The notes: generated from the sequence alone by a model not told the origin. Positions 20,877 through 29,360 are shown, numbered from the stretch's first letter. The stretch: DNA of 64,000 nucleotides from Candidatus Lambdaproteobacteria bacterium RIFOXYD2_FULL_50_16 (GCA_001783695.1 MFNE01000006.1:4113-68112), one strand, 5' to 3'. A program made the numbers and translations.

Positions 20877-21558
20877 GTGCCACTTGGGTAAGGTAACGCC
20901 AGCGGTCCGCTAAAATTAGTTCCAACTGGTCGCCAGGGGCCAGAGGGCCTACGCCCTCTGGGGTGCCGGTTAACAATAAATCGCCCGGTTCTAAGGTAAA
21001 ATATCGGCTCGCCTCTTGGGCCAAGGCGAAGATCGAGTGAATCATCTGACTGGTGTTGCCTTTTTGGCGGGTTTGACCGTTGATTTTTAGTTCTAAAGTA
21101 ATAGGCTGGTCAAGGTCTAAACCCTCTATCCAGGGGCCTAAGGGCAACGCCCGGTCAAAAGCTTTGGCTTTTTCCCAGGGCAAACCCTTTTCTTTTAGTT
21201 TTTGCTGGATATCCCTAGCGGTCAAATCCAAGGCCACCGCCACCGGGCCCAGTCCTGCCCGAACCTCTTCTAAGCTGGCATTGGAGAGGCGATTTTTAAC
21301 CAAGACTGCCAATTCGATTTCATGGTGCACCGAGTTTGACCAACTTGGCAGAACCAGGGGCTCTTCTAATGGGCAAATAGCACTAGGCGGCTTGAGGAAA
21401 AAAACCGGTTCATCAGGGATGGGATTGCCCAATTCTTGGGCATGAGCGCGGTAGTTGCGGGCTACGCAAACCGCCTTTTGGGGCAGTGGGGACATAAAAT
21501 TAAGGACCGAAGTTTGGGGTTGTATCCCCAAGATAACGCTCCGGTCCTCATTTGCCAA
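20866..21558 (-). CDS. Fumarylacetoacetate hydrolase (FAH) family protein
   Basis: 230 aa. 'NYRAHAQELG', 'HHEIELAVLV', 'EPGDLLLTGTPEGVG' are typical of the FAH/HpcE fold. Confidence 0.8.
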   Translation of the reverse strand: MANEDRSVILGIQPQTSVLNFMSPLPQKAVCVARNYRAHAQELGNPIPDEPVFFLKPPSAICPLEEPLVLPSWSNSVHHEIELAVLVKNRLSNASLEEVRAGLGPVAVALDLTARDIQQKLKEKGLPWEKAKAFDRALPLGPWIEGLDLDQPITLELKINGQTRQKGNTSQMIHSIFALAQEASRYFTLEPGDLLLTGTPEGVGPLAPGDQLELILADRWRYLTQVAHGR

Positions 21559-21571
21559 GGGCTAGGCCTTT

Positions 21572-22228
21572 TCAGCCAAACAATCCGTCTATAATCGAAT
21601 CGTTCCGGTTGCCCCGCTGGTCCACTTCGTGGTTGAGCATGATCGGGTAGCAAGACTCGTTGATCAAGGCTTGGCTGGTGTTAATCCAGTTACGCCGACC
21701 GGTGTTGTCTTCCCACTCGACATCGGCCCCAAGCACCATAACCCTAGTGCCTAAGGAATTGATTTTGCGGATAAGAGGCACAAAATCCTGATCCCCGGCA
21801 AAAAGCACCAGTAGGTCAAATCCTTTGTGCACCGCCATGTCGTAAGCTTCCAAGCTGAGCCAGGTATCGATCCCTTTCTCTTCGGCTTTTTCGGCGGTTT
21901 CTTTCATCGGGTGGTAATGGGGCTGGATCCCGGCATACATCAAGTGCTGGTCCAAGATCCGGTCTTTTTCCAAGGCATTGGCTAACTTAGCGGCAGCAAA
22001 GGAGAAACGACCCCTAAAAAAATGGGATTCAACGACGTGGCAATAAGCTGCATCTGTGCTGTAGCGTTCAGCAATCTTATTGCGGATAAACTCGTGCAGT
22101 CCATTGAAGTTAATGTAACTAGCGCGGGTGTGATAAAACTTGAAATACTTCGAAATTTTATCGAAAAAGGTCCCATCGTAAAAGATGGCAATCCTCAAAA
22201 CTGAGGGCATTGTGGTGCTTTGGTTCAT
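21572..22228 (-). CDS. NYN (LabA/DUF88-like, PIN-fold) domain protein
   Basis: ORF 21572..22273 starts with TTG. I prefer ATG 22228 (MNQSTTMPSVLRIAIFYDG), which has AGGA 9 nt upstream. 'GIDTWLSLEAYDM' and 'LVLFAGDQDFVPLIRKINSLGTRVMVLG' match NYN acidic-residue motifs. Confidence 0.6.
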   Translation of the reverse strand: MNQSTTMPSVLRIAIFYDGTFFDKISKYFKFYHTRASYINFNGLHEFIRNKIAERYSTDAAYCHVVESHFFRGRFSFAAAKLANALEKDRILDQHLMYAGIQPHYHPMKETAEKAEEKGIDTWLSLEAYDMAVHKGFDLLVLFAGDQDFVPLIRKINSLGTRVMVLGADVEWEDNTGRRNWINTSQALINESCYPIMLNHEVDQRGNRNDSIIDGLFG

Positions 22229-22530
22229 CTGTATGATCCTGTTATTTGTTACAATACGATTTGGGAAAGCCAATTAGGATACTAATAAACTTCCCCCCCC
22301 TTAACATCGGACAGTCTAACAAAGGGAAATTCAGTGGTACAGGACAAAATTGGCCAAAAAGGCAATAAATTTACCAAAATAAAATAAAATTTGCCTAAAA
22401 TACAGCTCATATATGTCCGGTTAGTTGATAGATTGGCCTGGGCCTTGATTCTAACGGCACTTCAATACAACGTGTCAAGTAGATTTGGCTAACTCCTGGT
22501 GCCGGTTTAGGATTTTTTGGAAAAACAAGA

Positions 22531-22552
22531 ACCAAGGTAGGTCACTACCTGG
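22531..22552. repeat. Imperfect inverted repeat aCCAAGGTAGGT-ca-CTACCTGG (copy B)
   Basis: Read directly. Near-identical to 29025-29048. Lies in the NYN/tsaB divergent intergenic region. Confidence 0.4.
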
Positions 22553-22716
22553 AGGGGTACGAAAAATTGATCTCGGTTATTCTCCAAAAACCAATGTATA
22601 AGCAGTCGGGGCTAATGCCAGCTTCCAGTAGGTTAATAACCTTCAGATTACCTATCTTAAAAAAGGCTCTTTACACCCCTTCCTAGCCCTGGAATGTTTG
22701 GACGAACGGAGAAAAA

Positions 22717-23421
22717 ATGGTGTTAGTTGGGGATCAGACCATATTGGCGGTTGAAGCGGCGACCTCGGCCTTATCGGTCGGAATAAAACGCGGGGGCCGC
22801 GGATTGGGCTTAATCTGGCAGGATTCAGGGCGGCCTAATGGGGACCATCTGCTAATCTTAATCGACCAACTCTTGAGCGATACAGGGATCGCTAAATCCG
22901 AATTAGAAGGGATTGCGGTCAGCCAGGGACCGGGGAGTTTTACAGGGGTTCGTATCCAATTGGCCCAGTGCCAAGCGATGGCCTTGGGCCTTGGGCTTCC
23001 TCTTTACGGGGCTGACCGGTTGGCCTTGGCCGCCTCCACCCTGCCCTACTATCCTGGGCGGATCAAAGTCATCCAAAACGCGCATAAAGGAGAACTTTAT
23101 CTGGGGGCGTTTGATGGACAGGGGGCTAAGCCAGAGCGCCTTGGCGAACTAACCCTTATCACTCCCCAAGATTTTATGGAGCAATTAGAGCCTGGAGAAA
23201 TGGTTTTAGGAGAGGGTATCGATATTTTAGAACAGTTGGGTTATGATCCTAACACCTGCGGGGCGCGATTCGACCGGAGCGCGGCTAGACAGGTCAACGC
23301 GTTAGTTTTAGCCGATTGGTTTGCCGATCAGCCTCCTTTAAGTTACCAACCTTGCCCGTTAGAACCCATCTACCTTCGTCCGTCGGAGGCGGAGATACTC
23401 TATGAGCGAAAGTGGGGTTAG
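22717..23421 (+). CDS. tsaB: tRNA t6A biosynthesis protein TsaB (YeaZ)
   Basis: 234 aa. 'ILAVEAATSALSVGI', 'IAVSQGPGSFTGVRI'. GGAG lies 7 nt upstream of the ATG. Followed by rimI, as in many genomes. Confidence 0.8.
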   Translation: MVLVGDQTILAVEAATSALSVGIKRGGRGLGLIWQDSGRPNGDHLLILIDQLLSDTGIAKSELEGIAVSQGPGSFTGVRIQLAQCQAMALGLGLPLYGADRLALAASTLPYYPGRIKVIQNAHKGELYLGAFDGQGAKPERLGELTLITPQDFMEQLEPGEMVLGEGIDILEQLGYDPNTCGARFDRSAARQVNALVLADWFADQPPLSYQPCPLEPIYLRPSEAEILYERKWG

Positions 23422-23863
23422 TTATCAATTTGTAAAAGGTCTGTACCAAACCGGACTACTTTTATCCAATTTAGCCGAAATGGACCGACAAAGCTTGCCT
23501 GGGGAAGCCTGGGATGAACAAGGTTGGCAGAGGTTTGTCCAGGCGGGGGTGGAGACAGGTTTGGTCAGCGTTGGCCCTGAACTGGCTGGTTTTATTTCCT
23601 TTTGGGTGCATGACGAAGAAACCGAACTCCTAAAATTAGCCGTTATCCCAAGTTATCGTCGCCAGGGTTTAGGAGAGGGTTTGGTAAAGGCCCTTCTGCA
23701 GCGACAAAATTCGGGGCACCGGTTGTTTTTAGAGGTCCGCGTAAGTAACCAAAAGGCCTTGTATCTTTACCGGAAAATGGGCTTTACCGAACAAGGTTTG
23801 CGCCGACAATATTACCAAAACCCCAAGGAAGACGCCTTGGTACTTAGCTACATGATACCATGA
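23402..23863 (+). CDS. rimI: GNAT acetyltransferase, RimI-like
   Basis: 153 aa. 'LAVIPSYRRQGLGEGLVKAL' acetyl-CoA motif and 'LEVRVSNQKALYLYRKMGF'. 20-nt overlap with tsaB. Confidence 0.75.
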   Translation: MSESGVSYQFVKGLYQTGLLLSNLAEMDRQSLPGEAWDEQGWQRFVQAGVETGLVSVGPELAGFISFWVHDEETELLKLAVIPSYRRQGLGEGLVKALLQRQNSGHRLFLEVRVSNQKALYLYRKMGFTEQGLRRQYYQNPKEDALVLSYMIP

Positions 23864-24900
23864 AATTAAACATTTTAATCCTTTGCGGGGGCCCCTCTGG
23901 GGAGCACCCGGTTTCCCTGCGCTCTGCCTTATCTGTTGTAAAGGCGATTGACCAAACCCGTTTTAATCCCTTTTTGGTGGCCTTAGATTACGAGGGTCGT
24001 TGGGTCACTGGTGACCCTCTGGTGCAAGACCCAGATGACCCTAAAAACATCCGCTTGGCCCAAGGCTTGCGGGAGGTTCGGCTTGAGCAGGGCTGTGTAG
24101 AAGGGAAAAAAATCGACTGTGTTTTTTCGGTGATCCACGGCACCTGGGGTGAAGACGGCTCGATGCAAGGGTTTTTAGAGATGCAAAACCTGCCTTATGT
24201 GGGTTCAGGGGTTTTGGGCTCGGCCATGGGGATGGATAAAGAGGTGATGAAGCGTCTCTTTAAAGAGGCAGGCATCCAAAGCGCTCCTTACCTAGCTGTC
24301 CGCAACTATGAGCCCCGACCTTCTTGGGAGCAAGCCTGTAGTAAACTAGGTCAAGTGCTGTTTATTAAACCCGCCTCCCAAGGGAGTTCGTTAGGGATTA
24401 CCCGCGCGACTAATAAAGAGAGTTACCTAAAGGGGCTTGAGGAAGCGTTTGGTTGTGACAAAAAGGTATTGATTGAAAAGGGGATCAAAGGTCGAGAGAT
24501 CGAGCTTTCGGTGTTAGGCAATCACGAGCTTCAGGTTTCTGTGGCAGGCGAGATTGTACCAGAGGAATTGTTTTACTCCTACGAAGCTAAGTATATCCTC
24601 AATACCACTAAACTACTTATTCCCGCTCCGGTTTCGGCCAAGCTACTTGAGCGGTTACAGGCCCAAGCAAAGGCGGTTTTCCGGTGTATGGAATTAGAGG
24701 GGTTTGCGAGGATTGATTTTTTTGTGGATGAAAATGAAGAGATTTGGGCTAACGAACCTAACACCTTGCCTGGCTTCACCTCGATTAGTATGTACTCGAA
24801 GATGTTTGAAGCCTCAGGGATTCCTTATAGTCAATTGATTTCTAAATTAATTGAGCTAGGTTTAGAGCGGCACCAAGCGCGCCCCGCTTTCAGGGTTTGA
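23860..24900 (+). CDS. ddl: D-alanine-D-alanine ligase
   Basis: 346 aa. 'VIHGTWGEDGSMQGFLE', 'FIKPASQGSSLGI', 'EPNTLPGFT'. Confidence 0.9.
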   Translation: MKLNILILCGGPSGEHPVSLRSALSVVKAIDQTRFNPFLVALDYEGRWVTGDPLVQDPDDPKNIRLAQGLREVRLEQGCVEGKKIDCVFSVIHGTWGEDGSMQGFLEMQNLPYVGSGVLGSAMGMDKEVMKRLFKEAGIQSAPYLAVRNYEPRPSWEQACSKLGQVLFIKPASQGSSLGITRATNKESYLKGLEEAFGCDKKVLIEKGIKGREIELSVLGNHELQVSVAGEIVPEELFYSYEAKYILNTTKLLIPAPVSAKLLERLQAQAKAVFRCMELEGFARIDFFVDENEEIWANEPNTLPGFTSISMYSKMFEASGIPYSQLISKLIELGLERHQARPAFRV

Positions 24901-24901
24901 T

Positions 24902-25525
24902 ATGACCTTGCTGATTTGCTCGGCCATAGACGCCGAGCTGTCTCCACTAGCCGCTCTTTTAAACGCGCAAAAAATAAATGAGGGCCATTATAAGGCCGCG
25001 GGGATGGAATTCTCGGCTTTGGGTGTGGGAGTGTTGCTGGCAGCCTTAAAGTTGGCGGAGTTGTTGGCCAAGTCCCAATATTCTGAAGTTATCTTTACCG
25101 GTTCGGCCGGGATATATCCAGGTCATGGACTTGAAATGGGTCAATTGGTTGAGGTCAATCGAGCGGTTTTGTTTGATCCCTCTGCTGAACAAGGCCAGGG
25201 GCACTACGCCCAATTGCAAGGGGGCAGGCAGATCCCTGCTGGCCCAAGGCGATTTGATTTACCCCGAGTAGCTGCTGCCAGCGGTATAGCCATTACCAGT
25301 GATAATCAAGCGGCTAAAAGGATCACCCAAAGCCACGGCGCCCAAGTAGAAAACTTAGAACTGTTTGGAGTAGCCTTGGCTGCTTGGCAGGCTCAAAAAT
25401 CTTGGTCTGCGGTTTTAGGGCTAACGAATCAGGTAGGTCGGCAAGGGCAAAAAGAGTGGAAAGCTAACTATCTCGAATTAGGAGGGAAGGCTTGCCGGTT
25501 TTTGGCCGACAAGCTTAGTCGGTAG
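24902..25525 (+). CDS. mqnB: PNP/UDP-phosphorylase-fold protein, probable futalosine hydrolase MqnB
   Basis: 207 aa. 'LICSAIDAELSPL', 'VIFTGSAGIY', 'QVENLELFGVALAA' fit the nucleosidase fold. Its size and proximity to the mqnC/E-type gene support MqnB. Confidence 0.5.
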   Translation: MTLLICSAIDAELSPLAALLNAQKINEGHYKAAGMEFSALGVGVLLAALKLAELLAKSQYSEVIFTGSAGIYPGHGLEMGQLVEVNRAVLFDPSAEQGQGHYAQLQGGRQIPAGPRRFDLPRVAAASGIAITSDNQAAKRITQSHGAQVENLELFGVALAAWQAQKSWSAVLGLTNQVGRQGQKEWKANYLELGGKACRFLADKLSR

Positions 25526-25597
25526 GTTAATCGGTCATTTTTGTTTTTCCTGCTTGATTTTTTGGTTCCGCTTCTTCAAAGGTATTGCAAACACAGC

Positions 25598-25611
25598 CGG
25601 CCAATTGGCCG
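25598..25611. promoter_or_regulatory. 14-nt perfect palindrome CGGCCAATTGGCCG upstream of ferredoxin 1
   Basis: Read directly. Ends 21 nt before ATG 25633, just upstream of the GAGGAG ribosome-binding site. Confidence 0.25.
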
Positions 25612-25632
25612 AGTTATCAACCTAGAGGAGCC

Positions 25633-25824
25633 ATGGCTAAGATCCCTTACGTAGAAAAAGACGAATGCACCAGTTGTGTTCAGTGTGTAGATAATCTTCC
25701 TGACGTTTTTCGGATGGATGATGATGATTTGGCTGAAGTGCATGATGCCCATGGGGCCACTGAAGACGAAATCCAAGAGGAAATTGACACCTGCCCAGGT
25801 GAATGTATCCACTGGAAAGAATAA
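25633..25824 (+). CDS. Small single-cluster [4Fe-4S]-type ferredoxin (copy 1)
   Basis: Internal ATG 25633 preceded by GAGGAG. 63 aa. 'CTSCVQC' (CxxCxxC) plus distal 'CP'. Confidence 0.8.
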   Translation: MAKIPYVEKDECTSCVQCVDNLPDVFRMDDDDLAEVHDAHGATEDEIQEEIDTCPGECIHWKE

Positions 25825-25854
25825 CCGATTAAAGCAATTTGCCCTTGAGGAACA

Positions 25855-26046
25855 ATGGCCAAAGAACTTCATATCGAACAGGACGAGTGCACTTCTTGTG
25901 TACAATGTACCGATAATCTGCCCCAAGTCTTTCGGATGAATGACGAAGACTTGGCCGAGGTACACAACCAAGATGGGGCTACCAAAGAGGAAATCCAAGA
26001 AGAGATTGATAGCTGTCCAGCTGAATGTATCTCTTGGAAAGACTAA
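25855..26046 (+). CDS. Small single-cluster [4Fe-4S]-type ferredoxin (copy 2)
   Basis: 63 aa. Same CxxCxxC...CP pattern. 45 of 63 residues are identical to copy 1 by hand alignment with no gaps. Confidence 0.8.
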   Translation: MAKELHIEQDECTSCVQCTDNLPQVFRMNDEDLAEVHNQDGATKEEIQEEIDSCPAECISWKD

Positions 26047-26079
26047 GCAAAAGCCCTGCTCAAGACCTTAAGTTGAGTT

Positions 26080-27132
26080 CTATTCAAGGTACCGGTAATT
26101 AAAGTCCCGCCTGCGGGGCTTTAAGCCGGCACCTTCGATCAGTTTTCGTGCTTCCTGCTCGCTAGAAACCCCGTGACTTCTTAGTACCTGTTCTTCTAAA
26201 ACCGGGGAACTAATGTCATCGGCCCCCATTTGCAAAGCGATTTTGGCGGTTTCTGGTCCTTGAACCATGACTGAAACCTCTAGGTGTTGGATATTGTCCA
26301 AATAAAGCCGAGCCAGGGCTAAGACCTTTAGATAGTGGTGGGGAGGGATCGGTTTGACCGTGAAGTCTTTGGTTTGCGCCTGAAAGGTCCAGGCGACAAA
26401 GCTGTCGAATCCGCCAGTACGGTCTTGGAGTTGGCGGACCAAATCCAGATGCTCGATGATCTCGGCTTCGGTTTCAATCGAGCCAAAAACAATGTTGGCC
26501 GAGCCCCGCAGGCCCTGTTCGTGGCATAAGGCAAGGATATCAGCCCACTCTTGGGCCGAACATTTGTTGGGCGATAAAACTTTACGCACCCGTTCTGCCA
26601 AAATCTCTGCCCCTGCGCCTGGAACCGAATCGAGCCCGGCTTCTTTAAGTAGGCTTAACAGTGTCGATAGTTTTAAATCCGAACTCTTGGACATCTCCCT
26701 TAGCTCAACCGGAGAAAACCCGCGGATATGAAAGCCAAACCGGGACTTTATCGCTCGGAGGAGTTCGAGGTAATAGTCCAGCGGCAAATCAGGATGTACC
26801 CCGCCCTGTAAAAAAATCTGGTCTGCCCCCAAAGTGCCCGCTTGGGCGCATTTTTCTAGGACTTCCTCGGTGCTCATTACGTAAGCGCGGGGGTGTTCCG
26901 CGTTTTGTCGGAAGCTGCAAAAATTGCAATCAATGGTACAAACATTGGTGTAGTTGATTATACGAAACAGGGTATAACTTGCCGATTCATTGCCTAATAG
27001 AGCGGTTCGCCGTTCTTGGGCTAAGGTCCCCAAAGCCGTCCATGGGGCCCTTTGTAACAAGGCCAAGCCTTCTTCGGAACTTATTCGCTGCCCCGCCCGG
27101 ATTTGCTCGTATAGCTTAAAAAACTCACTCAT
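26080..27132 (-). CDS. Radical-SAM menaquinone (futalosine pathway) enzyme, MqnC/MqnE family
   Basis: 350 aa. 'NYTNVCTIDCNFCSF' CxxxCxxC, 'FLQGGVHPDL', 'SVPGAGAEIL', 'QDRTGGFDSFVAW'. I cannot separate MqnC from MqnE by eye. Confidence 0.8.
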   Translation of the reverse strand: MSEFFKLYEQIRAGQRISSEEGLALLQRAPWTALGTLAQERRTALLGNESASYTLFRIINYTNVCTIDCNFCSFRQNAEHPRAYVMSTEEVLEKCAQAGTLGADQIFLQGGVHPDLPLDYYLELLRAIKSRFGFHIRGFSPVELREMSKSSDLKLSTLLSLLKEAGLDSVPGAGAEILAERVRKVLSPNKCSAQEWADILALCHEQGLRGSANIVFGSIETEAEIIEHLDLVRQLQDRTGGFDSFVAWTFQAQTKDFTVKPIPPHHYLKVLALARLYLDNIQHLEVSVMVQGPETAKIALQMGADDISSPVLEEQVLRSHGVSSEQEARKLIEGAGLKPRRRDFNYRYLE

Positions 27133-29000
27133 TTACGTCCTTTTTGGATAGCTACCATCAGTAAGGCTATCGCGGCCGGGGTGATGCCACTGATCTTGGC
27201 CGCCTGCCCTAAGGTCTGCGGGCGGGCCTGGAGTAATTTTTGGCAAACCTCCTTAGAGAGCCCAATCACTGTGGTGTAATCAAAGGATGCAGGGATTTGA
27301 ATGGCGTCGGTTTTCAGATAGTTCTGGACCTGCGATTCTTGTCGCCTTAAATACCCTTCATATTTAAATTCAGTTTCCACCGTTTTTTTAACGGCGTCCG
27401 TAAATTCGGCTAGCGGGGCCAATTCCTCTTGGCCCTTAAACCGCTCAAGTGCGGCAAAGTCGAGTTCCGGTTTTTTTAAGAAAACCTCTAACTTTAAACG
27501 ATGCTCAATAGGGGGTGCCCCAGGTTCGGGGTAAACATAAAGCGTGTGGGCCAGTTCTCTTAGCCGAGCGAGGGCTTCTTGTTTTGTATTAAATAGGTCC
27601 CATTCTTTATCCCCCAAAAGCCCAATCTCCCGGCCAATGGGGCTTAAACGTAAGTCAGCGTTGTCTTCGCGGAGGCTTAAGCGGTATTCGGCGCGGCTGG
27701 TGAACATCCGGTAGGGCTCGGCGGTGCCTTTAGAAACCAAGTCGTCGATCAAGACCCCAATATAGGCCTGATGCCGCCCTAACACCAAGGGAGGCCGGTT
27801 TTGGGTCAAGCGGGCGGCATTGATCCCGGCGATAAGGCCCTGGGCGGCGGCCTCCTCATATCCAGAGGTACCGTTGACTTGCCCAGCCGCAAACAGCCCT
27901 GGAAGATCTTTGCTTTCTAAACTATTTTTAAGGCCAGTTGGTTGAAGGTAGTCGTATTCTATAGCGTAACCAGGACGGACAATCTCTACCTGTTCCAGGC
28001 CCACAATCGAACGCATAAAGGCTTCCTGGACCGGCAAAGGCAGGCTGGTGGACATGCCGTTGGGATAATATTCAAAGCTAGCAAGGCTGGTGGGTTCGAT
28101 AAATATTTGGTGCCGGTCCCGCTCTGGAAAGCGGCTGACCTTGTCTTCTATACTCGGGCAATATCGAGGCCCAATGCCGGTGATTGCGCCTGAATACATC
28201 GCGGATAGGTGAATATTAGCCTCGATAATCTCCTTGCCTTTGGCGTTGGTAAAGGTGATGTGACAAGGCTGCTGGGCTAGGTACTGGGCAGGGGGGCCCC
28301 AAAAACTAAAGGGTACAAAAGGATCGTCACCCGGTTGGGGCTCCATCTTGGAAAAATCAATGGTCCGCCCGTCAAGTCTTGGGGTTGTCCCGGTTTTTAA
28401 GCGGCCCCAATTTAGGCCTAAGGCCTTGAGTTGTTCGGCTAGCAAGGTAGAAGGAAATTCCCAGGCCCGGCCCGCTTTGTGCCGTTGGTCGCCGATGTGG
28501 ATCAATCCGTTTAAAAAGGTGCCAGTGGTCAAAACCACTGTTTGGGCCTTAATTTCCTCGCCCATAAGGCTAGTCACCCCAACAACTCGGCCCATTTCTA
28601 ATTTGAGCCCGGCCACCTCGGCCTGTTTGATAGTTAGACCCGGCTGCCGCTCTAGTCGGGCTCGCATCTGGGTTTTATAGGCCAACATATCTGACTGGCA
28701 GCGGGTCGCCTGTACAGCGGCACCCTTAGCCCGGTTCAGTACCCGAAACTGGATGGCCGTTTGGTCCGCTACTTGGCCCATGGCGCCCCCTAAGGCGTCG
28801 ATTTCTTTGACCAAGTGCCCCTTGGCCAGCCCGCCAATTGCGGGGTTACAACTCATAGCCCCTAGGTTATCAACCGTCTGGGTGAGTAGCAGGGTCTTTA
28901 CCCCCAGCTTGGCCGCAGCCAAGGCGGCTTCGGCCCCCGCATGGCCACCACCGACCACGATAACCCCCCAGGTTGGGTTTGATATTGAACTAGCTGGCAT
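27129..29000 (-). CDS. mnmG: tRNA uridine 5-carboxymethylaminomethyl modification enzyme MnmG (GidA)
   Basis: 623 aa. FAD motif 'VVGGGHAGAEAA', 'GPRYCPSIEDK'. Confidence 0.95.
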   Translation of the reverse strand: MPASSISNPTWGVIVVGGGHAGAEAALAAAKLGVKTLLLTQTVDNLGAMSCNPAIGGLAKGHLVKEIDALGGAMGQVADQTAIQFRVLNRAKGAAVQATRCQSDMLAYKTQMRARLERQPGLTIKQAEVAGLKLEMGRVVGVTSLMGEEIKAQTVVLTTGTFLNGLIHIGDQRHKAGRAWEFPSTLLAEQLKALGLNWGRLKTGTTPRLDGRTIDFSKMEPQPGDDPFVPFSFWGPPAQYLAQQPCHITFTNAKGKEIIEANIHLSAMYSGAITGIGPRYCPSIEDKVSRFPERDRHQIFIEPTSLASFEYYPNGMSTSLPLPVQEAFMRSIVGLEQVEIVRPGYAIEYDYLQPTGLKNSLESKDLPGLFAAGQVNGTSGYEEAAAQGLIAGINAARLTQNRPPLVLGRHQAYIGVLIDDLVSKGTAEPYRMFTSRAEYRLSLREDNADLRLSPIGREIGLLGDKEWDLFNTKQEALARLRELAHTLYVYPEPGAPPIEHRLKLEVFLKKPELDFAALERFKGQEELAPLAEFTDAVKKTVETEFKYEGYLRRQESQVQNYLKTDAIQIPASFDYTTVIGLSKEVCQKLLQARPQTLGQAAKISGITPAAIALLMVAIQKGRK

Positions 29001-29024
29001 AGATATCGCATCGACATAGGTGTT

Positions 29025-29048
29025 ACCAAGGTAGGTTTAACTACCTGG
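29025..29048. repeat. Imperfect inverted repeat aCCAAGGTAGGT-ttaa-CTACCTGG (copy A)
   Basis: Read directly. Lies in the mnmG / 75-aa-ORF divergent region and is immediately followed by the 12-nt palindrome CGCTTTAAAGCG (29051-29062). Confidence 0.4.
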
Positions 29049-29115
29049 TGCGCTTTAAAGCGGCAAGCAATCAGGCTAAAGGTCCGTTCCAAAAGCGTCA
29101 ATTCCAAGGAAAACG

Positions 29116-29343
29116 ATGAACACCCTGAGCTACCTCCAATTTTTTGAGGGTCTGGCTGAAAAAATGCAGGGCAGTTTTTCGACTGAACGGGTCTCCAGTA
29201 AGCTGGTGCACCCAGGGGACGACGGCGTACAATATACCTATCGTTGTTGGTTTGAAGATAATGATATCAGCGTTGTCGGACAAGGTCAGTCGCGCAAAGA
29301 AGCCCTACATAGTCTTTATCGAAAGCTACATAAATTTAGCTAA
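29116..29343 (+). CDS. Hypothetical 75-aa protein (alpha-beta-beta-beta-alpha pattern, dsRBD-like?)
   Basis: AAGGA lies 6 nt upstream of the ATG and a hairpin follows the stop. 'VVGQGQSRKEALHSLYRKL' resembles the C-terminal dsRBD helix motif. No search was possible. Confidence 0.4.
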   Translation: MNTLSYLQFFEGLAEKMQGSFSTERVSSKLVHPGDDGVQYTYRCWFEDNDISVVGQGQSRKEALHSLYRKLHKFS

Positions 29344-29360
29344 CGAGCCGCAAAAACACG

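Noticed and set aside
29001-29115. Possible oriC next to mnmG (gidA), which often flanks replication origins
   Set aside because: The spacer is only 115 bp. It has no DnaA-box cluster and no AT-rich 13-mer-like repeats, and dnaA/dnaN are absent from the window.
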